54,668 nucleotides of DNA, taken from the NCBI GenBank assembly GCA_032718475.1, contig JAUCBJ010009013.1, forward strand, positions 1 to 54,668, written 5' to 3'. The position numbers were made by a program, and so were the translations under genes. Source of the DNA: Nemertoderma westbladi (Eukaryota; Animalia; Xenacoelomorpha). Position 1 is the first letter of the stretch; every line of letters begins with the position of its first letter. A model generated the notes under the pieces. That model saw only the letters and a list, made by a program, of their open reading frames with translations. It was not told where the DNA came from and did no database searches. Shown here piece by piece: positions 12,600 through 26,100 of the stretch.

Positions 12600-12672
12600 C
12601 AGTCGGCTGAAGCCGGAGGCGACCAGAAGGCTCCTCTTTCGATCGCGCTCAACCAACTGAGCTATCCCAGTA
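12600..12672 (-). other. tRNA-like 5' half (possible SINE head) flanked by TTAGG-like repeats
   Basis: The - strand reads GGATAGCTCAGTTGGTTGAGCG (A-box/D-arm). No canonical B-box. Confidence 0.4.
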
Positions 12673-12802
12673 CCCACCATTAGGTTAGGTTAGGTTATGT
12701 TAAAAAACCAAAAATATAAAAACGTCAAAAAATAACAATTATCGGTATATAATATATATATACCATTTTCATAATGATAATAATAATAATTAGTGATAAC
12801 TC

Positions 12803-15512
12803 ACTTCTTCTTAACCTTCTTGCCAACACGAATGGCTAGAGACTATGACTGGTCTTCTGAGTCACTGTCAATCACCTGCAATGCAACTCGCTTGCGGCCA
12901 TCAAACCTAGTCGGCTGCAGTTCTTGGTCAGACCCAACACAATCGGAGTCTGCCACAGACATTCTCTCGATTTCCCGAGCTCTTAGCAATGAATCTATAT
13001 GTTAGCGCATTTGATAAAATATGTTCTTTCACTCTAAATTTTCCTGATTTCCAGTTTTCCTTGATTTATTCTGACAAACTTAGAGAACAATATATCAATT
13101 TGTAAATTTGTATCAAATTCGAACATTTAGATCACTTAGTTTCTGATGTTCCTACGAGAGAAACATCCCCGTGAACAGGTATGAGGTAAACTCATGGGGT
13201 AGAATACGTTTACCCTCTACATCAGTTATTTCCGGTCAATTATCATCGGTTGATAGCGCCCACACGGCTGGCAAGGATTGCCTATAGCAGGAACATAAGC
13301 TTGGATCGCCCTGCAGGCCACGACAAATGGTGCTGCTACAAACCTTCTTCATTGTCGTCTAAAAATTTAAAATATATAAGATTAGTTAGTTGTGTTGTTT
13401 ATGACGTTCAGGTGGGATTGGACTTGTTGATTGCAATTTACGTCTTTTTGGTCTCACAATCTGCTAATAATGTTAATTAAACCACATATATCTATATCTA
13501 TATATTCCATATATCTATAATCTATATTATTATTTTTTTAATATTTATAAGTCTCCGACCACGTCCCGCCACGCCCAAGTACCACCATTACTACTACTAC
13601 TAGGTCGAGCGAACTCGGACAGTGGAAATTAGATCCTTCCAGGCTTCCCGATTCTCCATAGTTGTCGCAATTTCGTTTCTCCTAATTTGTTAGCACTTAT
13701 TGTGCTGTCAATAATTGTCTGTGTGCCTGTCGAATTAATAGTTAGATAAAAAATAAATATATAACATCAACATACCCCTGTGATTTCCAATCTCTGCAAG
13801 TACATGGAGAACCCCTGAAGTTCTGGTGACTTCATTAAATCATTGATGTTATTGGGTATCCCAACAAAACCGGTGGTCTTGCCAGATGCAGTGGCTGGTG
13901 TTTGGTTACTATTGTTGGCAGATTGATTATTGCATTAATAGAACCAACCCGACCTGATCTCATTGTCCCTAAAAAACAATAATAAATATAATATACTAGA
14001 AAATCTATGGAAATTTTAATACTTTAATTATATATCTCCTGATTACAATTGTCAATATTTATTTATATTAATAGGCAATCTATGTGTCAGAATAATTTAT
14101 TGTAGGTGTGTCACAGCAATATGATGAAATTATAAATCGCCTCTAATAAATGTCATATAAATAAATTAATTTGATAATATAATAATATAAATGTGTACAT
14201 GCATGTTGTTTTTTCCTTATTATAGTCCTAAAACCCGAAAATAACAAAAATATAATTTAATAGGTAATATAATACTGTTATTAATGACATATAAGTAGCA
14301 TTTATATTGCATTTATTGTGAATACTGTATATAAGGCCTGCATAATTTTTGCATATATAAAGTAGTTCATATAAGTTGTGTACTACAAGGTATTAGGGAT
14401 ATAATTATAGAGCATAAGTACCGTACATTATCATTAAAACCTTGCAATCCAAAAAGTTTTTGACCTATCTATCAATAATACAAAATAATAAAATAGATGG
14501 CTACTCCAGTTTAAATTACAATAAAATTTCGGCATTAAAAAGGTAAACAGAGTTAAGTTACATAAATTTACTGTTTGGGATTAGTGCCAAGGGACAATGA
14601 CAAAGCGCGGTTGAACCGAAATAACTTCGGTCTGGACATTGTCCCTTGGGAGGTATCTCAACCGAAGAGACTCCTCGTTCAACTGAGTTGCCGTTATACT
14701 GGAGACATGCCAACTTAAGAGCAGGCAAGTTCTTGCTCGAATGGTAAAATGTCCCGAGACAGGGTTCTTATATGACGGCAGCCATAAACCAACCCTCAAC
14801 ATTGTCCTTCTCAACACTACAACAACCAGATCCAATGGATCTCGTCCGACGGTTGCAGAGACTGCCGCCACAGCACAAGTGGGACTAAGCACTTGTGGCA
14901 ATAGTACGAGGAGTTTCTCTCTGACCAGATGGTATTGGTAGTAGGCCGTCTCTTCTTTCAATGATATGTCCAGTGGGAGGGAGTGGAGAGACTGGTGGGT
15001 TGAAGGTCACTGGCAGGAGAGGGCTACGTTTAACCACAATGGGATTGGAGAGAGAGGAGTGGTGGAGGTAATAATCCCCGAGGAACAGGGGTTCCACCAC
15101 TTGTACCACTGAGCCGAGGGTGATCTCTGTGTGTTTGAATAGAGATCTTGAGGATGACGGATCACGAGTAAAAGTAATATATGACTGTTCACTATCTAAA
15201 TCACTGAGCACAACTTCGCGATCGTACACATGCTCCCGACGACTCGTCTTCGAAGAAGGGCCCAAAAACTCACCACCACTATCCCTGGTACCGCGACTGA
15301 CTCGGACGAAGCTCATGGCTTTATCTACCTTGGCAACCATGAGAATGATACCAATGATAACCATGTTGGTCGGGTCGAAATTCCGATACGATCCAGATAG
15401 TACTACCTACTCCTGGTGAGTGATGTGGCATCCTTTCAATGGCCCTGCAGGAGCTGGTGCTGGGTCCCGTCCTGGTGCTGGGTCCCGTCCTGGTGCTGGG
15501 TCCCATAAACAT
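12803..15512 (-). pseudogene. Degraded multi-exon gene of unknown function with a Cys motif
   Basis: Coding-like blocks (about 15512-14572, 13968-13776 and 13000-12804) are separated by AT-rich gaps with GT/AG-like ends on -. A frameshifted TC.GGSLCNRR......GCC motif lies near 14815-14880. Confidence 0.5.
13591..13680 (-). mobile_element. 3' end of an RTE-clade LINE
   Basis: Translates EIATTMENREAWKDLISTVRVRST* (M.DR..W-type C-terminus), followed directly by a (TAG)n tail. Confidence 0.65.
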
Positions 15513-16353
15513 TTAGTAACATTTCGCTATTATCGTTAATCTGGAGTGTTTTTTTTTTTTACATGACGGAATAATGGAATATATTTAATTTAATATAATA
15601 ATAATATAACTTAATATATTTTCCAAATTCCATGACGTCACCAGCTTAATTGTGCAAAGATAGGACATAACACAAATTAATAATATTGGCTGATGTCTAC
15701 AGACAAATTATTGTAAGGAAGTTAGTTTACCAGCCCCAAGCATAAAAAATAAACTCGTTTCAAATTTATGGTAGGACTACTGAGTTTATGGCTTACTGAG
15801 CCTACTGGCTCAGATTGAGTGGAAATAAAACCCTAAACAACATCGGAATATACAGTATATACCTACCTACATGTACAAGACAACGAAATTCTGAGATTCC
15901 TAGACAGGACATAAAGGGAAGTATATAAAACTGCAGAATTCACTGACCGACACAAACAATTTAATTTGATTCTAAATTATACCGAATTGAAAACACAAGA
16001 AACCTTTAAGTACAGAATAACCAAAAACAAGATATTACCAGTAGGCCTATTTATTATATTAACAAAAATATACCAATTTAAGAATAAAATTACGTATGTA
16101 ATTACGCAAACCAGTAAACATAGCACATCAATAATAACATTAACCTGTACGATCTAAATAGGCTTATTCTCATTTATTAATCTTTACAATATGGTACAGA
16201 CATACATATTTGTATGCCAGGGAAATGAGGTTACCTCAATTATATTTCAGAGAATGTAAGCAGAAATTAAAGCCATGGGGATATCGATTAACAATAATGC
16301 CTTAACAATCCATAAGATTTTACAATTGGATCAAAACTTGAACAAAAAATCCC

Positions 16354-17586
16354 ATGATTCAAGGTTCACCACTAGTTTATTTATCAAAAACCGAACCAAC
16401 AAAGAAACTTTTAGAAAGAAACATCACAAGAAACACAACTATCGCACCATCTCAAATTATTCAAACAGCAAATAAACTAAACAAGAGAACAAGCCCTGGC
16501 TATGACGAACTAGCCTCATCAACCATCCAACCAACAATATATCTTATCACTGAGCCCCTTGCTTATATAGTTAACATGTCTCTATGTAGTGGTTATTTCC
16601 CCAATAAAATGAAAATTGCACGTATTACCACCCCAATATTTAAAACTGATAATCTGACACTTGTTGAGAATTACAGACCAATATCCGTATTAGCATATTT
16701 TTCCAAAATACTTGAGAAAATCATTCAAACAGAACTCACAGATTACTTAATAAGAGAAGCCATACTTTCTCCAGCACAATTTTGCTTTAGAAATAAGAGA
16801 TCAACTCAACAAGCTCTACTTACACTACTAGACCATATTACAAATGCTCTAGATTCGGGGGAATATGCAATAGGTGTCTTAATTGAATTATCGAAAGCGT
16901 TTGACACTGTGAACCACAGAATATTACTCGAAAAATTACAATGTTACGGAATTGCTGAAACTGCGTTGGCCTGGATTACAAACTACTAATCTGACAGAAT
17001 TCAATATGTGACAGTAGGAAAAGGAAAATCACAACGAAAAACAATTACAATTGGACTGACTGCCTCAAGGTACACTCCTTACTTAGTCCACTACTGTTTA
17101 TCATTTATTGTAATGACTTAACTAACACGTGTGTGTAAACTAGCAAAATGTATTCTGTTTGCAGATGATACTAACTTATTAACAACAGGGAAGGACCTCG
17201 AGAAACTTATCACTGAAACAAACGACGACCTCCTTAATTTAACTAAATGGTTTCAATTAAATAGACTATCATTAAACATTAAAAAAACTAGCATTTATTA
17301 TATTAAAATTATATTTCGCACCACGAACAAACCACTTAAACTAAACCAACCAATGGATATTGTGATCAACAACATTGTTATCCAGAGAAATGCAGTTATT
17401 AAGTTTCTCGGAGTTCTTATAGATGAACACCTTACATGGAAATACCATTACGAGTACCTACCCAATAAAATAAGTCGCAACATCGGCATTATCAATAGAA
17501 TAATACATTTCATTACACCACAAGTGGCAGCAACTCTTTATAACACAATGATCAGCCCCTACTTATATTATTGCACCGCAGTTTAG
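16354..17586 (+). mobile_element. CR1/L2-group LINE reverse transcriptase, degraded
   Basis: SPGYD, NYRPIS.L..FSKILEK, SKAFDTVNH.ILL.KL..YG, LFADDT and FLGVLIDEHLTW, with stops and frameshifts. Confidence 0.92.
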
Positions 17587-17599
17587 GCAGCTACATCAT

Positions 17600-19392
17600 A
17601 TAAATACACAGACTTTACAAATAACAGAGAACACAAACAAACCCAAACCCAAACAAACACTATAGATGCAAGAGAAAGCGAAAAAAATACAATGATAAGC
17701 CAAATTATAGAATGTTGCATAATCTCGCGAAAGGCAAAAGGCAACAAAAGGCAAATAACATTATCATTCATAGGGGCCTCGTTAACTTCAATCCACTTAC
17801 AATACGATCAACTTACATTAAACAAGTCGGAATACTTTGTTATAAACACTCTCTTGTACAACATTTTGCCTAATGATATTTTCCCAACACTCCTAACCTT
17901 GATATCAAACACACCCATAGCTGCAGTCTCTAACAACTTGCGACAAGCCGTGGAAGTTAAATTGTGGTATGGAATTTCTGGGAATGTGTCGTAAAGTCTC
18001 TTTAATTCCTGTCTAGGGCTAATGAATTGCTTACCTAATGTATTTAGAAAGACATATTTTAGATCATTAGTAATATCTACAGATTTGGGTTGCATTCGAA
18101 CGATTTTAGGTCTAATATTTTCAATATAGAATACAATTTCGTCATAGAGATCATCTGATAAGCCAAAATGGGCAAGTTGTTGTGATGCTGTTTTATGCTC
18201 AGCAACAGCAACAACATGTATACCATCCCCACAGAATTTAGGTTGCCCCCCACAACGAAACTCAGAAAGCTGTAAAGTGCTCACAACCATCGGTCTTTGT
18301 ACTTCTAGAACCATAAGGGGGGCCATGAGGGACCTCACATCAAGCAACAACAAGAACAACAAGACTTAGAGAAGGGCTCACAACAAGAAGGTAATCTGTC
18401 CTATTTATTTGTTTTTGGCGTAGTAAATTTTGTTTTGCTAATTCAACTTGCTCCTTAACATTACTATCTGTTATAATACGTATAGTTAGTTTCTCGTGGA
18501 TCTCTATCTACAAACTTTTCATAGTCCTCTATCCTACGTTGTATAATTCTCTTACTTATGAGGTTAGAAATACTCGACTTTTGGAAGGCTTGGTGAGCAT
18601 CTAAACAATCTTTAAATTGGTCCCACAATGAGTCAGGTTTTATTCTAAAGTGGCCTTACTCGTTTATTCTGAACTTCATGTACTTCTTTAAGTTTTTTAA
18701 TGGACAATTAATACTCTCTGCAGTCATTCCTAATTCCTTAAGCTTGTATAAATACTCATCTACATAGTTTGTATTCCTCATGTTTTTTTCCAGTTCGGTC
18801 ATTTATATAGCTTGCGATTTTAAGTACGTCATAGGCCTGTGCTTTTGGATAACTTTGTCCCCCCCCCCCCCCCCCCCCCAGATTTCCCTTCCATCCTATT
18901 ACATTCTGAAAGGTAAAACCTATTAACAGATTGTGCTTTGTCCAGGTTGAAACGTTTATATAGTCCAGCATTTTGAATTTTAGATTTTATTGACCCTTCC
19001 CCCCATGATATAGATGGTTCTGATAGATGTTCTTGATTTTCTGTTCTTAATTTTTTCGGTGAGTTTTGAGGACTTTCACTAAAGCTAATAGAATCCGAGT
19101 CAAATATACGACACTTTCTTTTATGATTTATTTTTATTAATAGTTTATTTGGTGAACTTGGAGGGGCATAGGAACAAGAGGGTGGCACATCAAGACCAAT
19201 CATTGGTGAATGCACATTTACCACAGATGGACGATCAGTGGAGGTGCAGGCTGATGTTTCATGCTTTAATGTAGCACCTGCAGAGTTATCTATGTCAGTC
19301 GTATCAATATCAACCTCATATCTTTTTAAAAAGCTACAGAGCTTTACAACACTGATCCCACCACCTGCAAGTATTTCTCCTACCACCTCCAC
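17600..19392 (-). pseudogene. Second tyrosine recombinase gene, disrupted
   Basis: QRPMVV..L..SEF, V.EHKT, FY...IRP, YVFLN..G, TSTACRK..ET and a later MQHS. The disordered N-terminus is in ORF 18829-19392. Confidence 0.75.
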
Positions 19393-19899
19393 TATATTTC
19401 CAAGGGAAATAGAAATATTACCCTAAGGTTTTCTACTTCTTCCACATCAGTATTATTAGTATTCTTGGGGAAATTTTTATCAAGTCTGGCCTTTTGGTAC
19501 AACCTACCCTACCCGTGAATGAATGAACCTGTGATATTGAAACTTATTGGATCAACCCTGGAGACTGGTAGTACTGCTGTACTGAAATGCAGTCTGCTAG
19601 TTAGGCTGTACAGCTATACAGGCTGCTGGTACTGGTACCAATTTAAACACTGAAAATATTGGCATTATTACAAATCATTACTAATAACAGATATTTTCAT
19701 TAAACTTTCTGGCTTCTGCAATGCGTGTATGCCTCGAAAGGTTAAGAAGAGAAGGCGTAAATCCGGCAATACCCCAACTGCAACTGCTGTCGATGCCGGC
19801 TCTAATAAACCCGCTCACATAGTGTAAAAGCCTTTGCTGAATTGCCCCGTTATTTTTATTATCTTTTACATTAAAATACTCTGTAGTTGATTTAATAGG

Positions 19900-20999
19900 T
19901 GTAAGAGACCGTATTATTGCTGTATCGATGTTTTTTAGAGGATCTAAGAGCTATTTCCTCCGTATGTGTACTGTGGAAGGCATAGTTGATGATTCTATGG
20001 CAATTCCGTGACGCAAAAGGTGATAGCTACTCTTGAACAGTAGTTACTATGACGACGTTTAACAGCTGATGTTCATACGTGTTGATTTTCTTTGTTCTAC
20101 GGCGTCTCTCAGTTCAGCAGCCAATCAGAGCATTTTTATGGCTCTTGTACAGAAATTTCCTAGAAATCACGCAATGCTTTATGTGCAGTGTTTACATTCT
20201 GTCCTGAGCCAGGAGAGAGTGGCTTGGGAATGTTTTGTGCTTTTCTGTTTTAGCCTAACACTAGTAGGCTTAATTATAAGGACATATATCCGTTATCAAA
20301 CCTAAACTGACTGATTGTCTCAAACCAAACTGTTATACTGCTATTTACTGTCGGTTCTTCATAATATGGTTGATGAATTATTATATTTGGAATAACGATA
20401 AATAACCCCGAAAACCCAATATTCTTGATATACCGAAGGTAAGAGAGAAAGGTTACATATAACGATTGTGACTTATGTTAAAGTGGTTTGAAGTGAATCT
20501 AATGTTATTTGATAGACCCTACATGATTCGGTCCGTGTTCCTTTTATATGTGACTAAAATCAGTGAAGATCGGCAGATCAGTGTGCAGTATTGTGCAGCA
20601 TTGTGTGTGAGTGAGACTGATAACGAAGCATTTCCTAAAGAATGCGCCATATATGTGAATTGTAACTAAGCCATATCGTTGTGAGTAGTTTAAGTCATAA
20701 CTCTGTTTATAGATAGAGCGCCACGTCCTAAAGGAACTGTTAATATTCCCCGAAGGTGAATAATATTGTCAGAGATTATATAATACTGTCAGTCGAATAA
20801 TACCTTAGGCTTACATAGCAATACGATTAAGCCGTCGAACCCAATCTCCCGGGTATATCCAGCGGGTGAATGATCGCGCACCGATTGGTTTCGACTAGTG
20901 TAGTGAATCAAATACTTGTCAGAGGCTAAAAGTGATTTATTATCTAGAAGACATCCTAATTTGGCGGGTTAAACTGCCAAAGGTCTGAAAGCGCGAACA
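19900..20999 (+). repeat. Putative 5' LTR (~1.1 kb) of BEL/Pao element 1
   Basis: TGT...ACA ends, and its 3' 390 bp match 1-393. The start is inferred from TGTAAG preceded by ATAGG. No canonical PBS was found; an alternative end at 20953 is followed by TCCTAATTTGG. Confidence 0.6.
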
Positions 21000-21283
21000 A
21001 TAACGGATATAGCTTCTGTATTGCAGTAGGCAATAAAGCTGAAGTACCGGCAACCGGTACCAAGTAGGCCTGACTACCTAACCACCCGGACCGGTACATA
21101 CAGCAGTACAGGTACAGCAGTATTATTCGATTTTGATAATTATATACCGGTAGGCCTTAATAATTAATCAGGGACTGCAGCCCTGGTTTTTTATTGAGAT
21201 TTTTACTTATTTCTGTCAAGTTTTATTTGTTTGTAGGCCAGTATTGAACAGAAGGCGTGTAAGCCTGATCAGATTGTACAGAC

Positions 21284-21851
21284 AATTTGTAGGCTGAGCT
21301 GTTGTCTGATTGCTGTTAAGTCTGAACGGATTGCAGTGTGTGTAGATCATCTGTCCGATAAAGAACGGTTAGGAAGTAGGGGCAGCCAAAGCTGTAAGGT
21401 AAACCCCCAACTAAAGAATAAGTCGTACTACTGGGTTAGAACGCATACTACCTAATCATTTCGGAGTCTGCATGTCCTGTAGTTTATTTAGGCTTGAGAG
21501 TAGTCTGCCATCGTTTAGTCTGTACTTTGTTTGTATAGTCTGTACAGGTAGCGTATAATATTTATTTAGATAATTTGTAGGCTGGATAGTTGTCTGGCTG
21601 TTATTAGGTCTGAAGGATTGCAGTGTGTGTAGAGCCTCTGTCCGATAAAGAACGGTTAGGAAGTAGGGGCAGCCAAAGCTGTAAGGTAAACCCCCATCTA
21701 AAGAATAAGTCGTACTACTGGGTTAGAACGCATACTACCTAATCATTTCGGAGTCTGCATGTCCTGTAGTTTGTTTAGGCTTGATAGTAGTCTGTCAGTA
21801 TTTGGTCTGCATTTTGTTTGAGTGGTTTGTACGCGTAGCGTAATATTTATT
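21284..21851 (+). repeat. Tandem duplication (~288-bp unit) in the BEL 5' leader
   Basis: Two copies with a near-identical core, CTGTCCGATAAAGAACGG...GCATGTCCTGTAG. Confidence 0.92.
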
Positions 21852-22795
21852 ATTCAGAGTTTATGCGATTATTCGCAACATTCATATCCCCAAGTTTGTT
21901 CCTACAGTAATTGTGTTTGTTATACATACCGTTATAGTTAAACTAACCCCGGTACTACACGGGCTGCTTGGCGTAGGTAAAGACTGGTGATTTTGTGCAC
22001 CAGTCACTCCAGCAGATGCCATGGTTCTTTTAGCTGTTCAAGTATTTTTAACTACTGATTATTTGTTGTACAAGTACTCGTACCTAATTTAGGGTTTAGT
22101 GTACAGTGCTTTCCGAAAGTAATTAGTGTAGGCATTATATTTGTGTTGTAAAGTGGTTGATAGGCACGTACGTTAGCTCTATTAACTTCTAGGTAGGAAC
22201 ACTCCGTGATACATAACGTAGTACCTATAGCGATCCGGCTATAGGTCGTCAGGCGGTGGTATTTTCCTATCTGGACAGCGCAGTGTATTTACTACTACTT
22301 ATTATTTTCAAATACCGTAGTAACCTGTCCGTTGTAATAACCAGATATTCTAACCCTTTGTTAGGCTGGTTAGTAGACTTCTTGTAAAATCACCCTAAAA
22401 ATTTGTATTTGTGTATTTGTAATTAAAATTTTGTGTTTATTTAGAGATTGTAATCTCAACCTGAATTGTACGTAATTTGTAGTATTAAGTAACTTAGGTA
22501 AATTAGCATTATTTGTTTTAGTGTCCTATAAGTAGCACTTCACTGAGGGCGCGCCGCTTTGTGTAGTGATTACTCCCCAGAAATAATAACATTTATTTCA
22601 AACATTGACAAAACCCATTAAAACGGGTATATATATATTATAAATCAACTCAAACGATTTATAAATAGTAGGCCTGCCATACAACAATTAGGTCTCAATA
22701 TCAGTTGGACTACTGCTTAAATAACGGTAATAAAGTAAGTTAAAGTAACCAAGTAACCCTTAAAATTCAGAAATTCAATTATTTAAAATAATTGA

Positions 22796-23045
22796 TATAC
22801 CGGTATTTACGATAGGCCTATTATATATTTATATACTTGTGCTGAAATCATACCGGTATTCTGTAATTAATTCTAGTCTGTAATTATACTTATATATATA
22901 CATTATATGTGTAAACTGCATACCGGTATCCACGATAGGCCTATTATATATTTATATATATTTGTGCTAAAATTATATACCGGTTTCTGTAAAAAACCTA
23001 GTCTGTAATAATACTTATATATACAATAAGCATACCGGTATTCTA
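22796..23045 (+). repeat. ~124-bp tandem duplication rich in ATACCGGT, just upstream of gag
   Basis: ATACCGGTAT..ACGATAGGCCTATTATATATTTAT is repeated. Confidence 0.8.
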
Positions 23046-23174
23046 ATATTATATATATATCACGCTACACTGAGTAGCAGTATCGGTAATTAATTACTAG
23101 GCTAGCAGTTAATACTGAATTACTAGACTTACTTAGACTGTAATAGCAGTAGACATTCAACTGTGTAAACAAAC

Positions 23175-26100
23175 ATGTCTGATACTAAGCAGAACCTGTC
23201 AGACAGTGTATTAGATGTAACTATCTGCGACTCAGATAAGGGTGTAGAACCGTCTAGTCCTAAGTTCAGTTCACCTCCCACTGTGAGGAAAGTCATCCCT
23301 CCAGTAGTAATAACAGAACCTAGGCTGGTCCAACATCGTAGGTCTATCATAGGCACTCGAGCCCAGGTCAAGCGGGACCAAGAAGCAGCGGAACAGCAAC
23401 AACCCGTGAGCCAAGAACTTATTACTCAGCGGCCCGACAGCTCCAGTAGTGAAGATACTGTAGAACTGACACCCCAGCGCGGAGCAAGGATGACGGATGC
23501 GGTTTATTCGGATCCACTTCTCATCCTTCCTGCAGCCGTACTCACCAGGTTATTGATCGCGGTGGAAGAACACCAGATCGATTGGGCGCGAAGTAAGCGC
23601 TCAACTAAAGATAGTTATGCAGGATACACAAAGGAAGAACTGAAATCTATGGTCGAGTCGCAATGGAACTTCCCCGGACCCGGACTCCCATTTGATTTAT
23701 CAGAAGCTGCCTGGGAAGACATACACCGGATGGGAGTAGCCAAGGAAACCATCGATCCAGCTGTGTGGAAGAGGTCCGCAGCCGGATACGCACAGGGATT
23801 CTTCAGCTCTATGGAGCAAGTAGAAAAACAACTGTTACAACAACCTCTAGGACCTCAAGAGCAGGGACAACTGCTTTATCAAGTTAGAGAAAGAATTCTG
23901 CGAATCAGGCTAATATTATCAGCCTTTGAAGAGGCTTCTAAAAGAAGACAAGACACGTCGTTGCAAGTTGCCGTAAAGACTTGGTTTCAACGGGTGAGTC
24001 GCCAGGTTCAAGGAACAGCTCAGTGGAAAGATCAACTGGAGGAGCGCTCAACCCATGGAGAATCAACAGACGCTACTTTTTCCCAAGTGGAAAGTGAAGC
24101 GACGGCAGAGAAACCGCATAAGAGGGATGCCATTGACATCTATCTGTCAGACTATCAACGTTTTGTAGGTGATGAAGAGTTGCGGAGAAGACTAGAGGGA
24201 CTTAGTCCTAATAGTGAAGGAGCACAGCGTGTGCTTGACGCCATCGACGTGGATAGGTTAGCGGCTAATCAAGCTAAATTCGATGAACAACTCCGCATCG
24301 TTAAGGTTCAAGAAGAACAAGTAAAGAAAAAACGTATAGAAGATAGAAAGAAAGCGGCAGAGGCAGCGGCAGAGGCAAAAGCGGCAGCGGCAGAGGCAAA
24401 AGCGGCAGCTGCAGCAGTAGAAGCCGAAAGAAAGGCGGCCGAAGCGGAAAGAAAAATAGCAGTGGCAGAAGCAGAACGGAGGGCATCTGAAGAGACAACC
24501 CAACTAGAGTTGGAAAATCTTCAAGAGAGACAAGACAACGTTAATAAACAGTTAACAGCTAGTAATATGCAGATGATGAATCGATCTACTCCCAAAAGAC
24601 AGGGATATACATCATCTGAGGAAGGCGATACCACCGATACTGAAGGCAAGGGAAATAGATCTCACCTAAGCAGACGTAAAAGAACATTCCACCGTCAGAA
24701 ATTGCCTGATTTGCCACCAGCTGTTAGAAGGCAACTAAATAACACCAACTTAGGTAGTACAGAACCCACAGACCAAATAATTAAAATAGAAAGACTCCCT
24801 ACTATAGTAGATGAGCCTGAAATAATTAGGCCTGTTTTTGAAATCACCCCTTCAGTGATAGACACACCTGTGCTCCCTGAAGCTACCTCTAAATTCCCTC
24901 TGCACAGTACTAAGCTATCTGTGCCCAGTAGAACAGCCCATGAGACAGTTCAGGTCCTGGACCCCGAGCGAAATATTCATGATTTGTCGCCCGTTGTCCC
25001 TCGTCCGCCCGCTACAACGTTGGCGACTCCCGCTTCGGCGGTCGAATGGGTGGACGAGAGACGGCGGGGGATGGATCTCCTGCTCGGGCAGATGCAGGAG
25101 ACTGTTCAGCAATTCAAGGGCACAGTGAGGGAAAGTAGGCTAGAGTTGCAAGAAGTGCAGCAAAGTATCGCGCTAGAACGCGATAAATTAGTAAATTTAC
25201 AAAAGGGTATACCACCACCCCCTGTAACAATGTGTCAACCTGTTAGGTCTGAAGTATCTCATGCGCAAGGTGTGGAGCCTACACGCATATATACTGCTAG
25301 CGAAGTAGAAACTCCTATAGTGAACCCTATTAAGGGTAATTATAGACCTGTTGATAATGACATTCCCTATAGACCTGATCATAATCCGAGAAATTTATAT
25401 ACCGATAACTCGATATTAAATAACACGATGGCCCAAGAAAGTTTTACGCGTCAAATGGCTAGAACCGAAGCCCGGCAAGCGGTGAAGGTGGGAGAGATCG
25501 TCAAGTTCAATGGAGATGAGATGAAATGGTTACCTTTTAATGAATATTACAAAGATAACATACAGAACTCTGTACTATCTAATGGAGAGAAACTTAGATT
25601 CCTCATCGAGTGCTTGGAAGGATCTCCCAAGTTAATGGCGTTAAAGTTTATTGGACATCCAGACGGATTAAGACAAGTTTGGGATACACTAAACATCAGG
25701 TATGGTAATAGGAATAACATAGCTGGGTATTTGTATGCAAAGTTAGTAGCGCCCCGAAAGTTTATGAGCAGCGGGATTATAGAGTTTTCCGATGAGATTC
25801 AGGAGATCTGCAGACAATTAGATTGGCTAGGTAAGTCTCATGAGTATCAGAGTGCTATGGTTATTAGAGCAGTGGCTTCTACTTTACCGAAGGGTGGAGT
25901 AGGTACACGCTGGGATAAGAAAGTGTTATATATGATGGAACAACAACGACGAGACCCTACCATGGCTGATCTCATGTCGTTCTTAGATGGAGAAGTGAAA
26001 TTACAGCTCCTAAGGCAGTCCAGAGAGAAGACACTGGAAAACAAGGTAAGTGAGAAACCCGTTTCTAGGAGAAGGGTAACACCAGTGTGTTATACAGACG

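Noticed and set aside
12515-12700. Telomere or functional tRNA gene
   Set aside because: Only about three perfect TTAGG units, and no B-box or acceptor stem.
13588-13620. Helitron 3' end (hairpin plus CTAG)
   Set aside because: The RTE-like C-terminal peptide, the (TAG)n tail and the TSD at the other copy fit TPRT better.
1-20999. One ordinary 21-kb LTR retrotransposon bounded by the two LTR copies
   Set aside because: There is no gag/pol between the copies, the gag lies downstream of copy 2, and the 5-bp duplication faces inward.
24258-24503. Cys-rich and Leu-Pro antisense peptides
   Set aside because: Reverse complement of the AAEAK repeat in gag.
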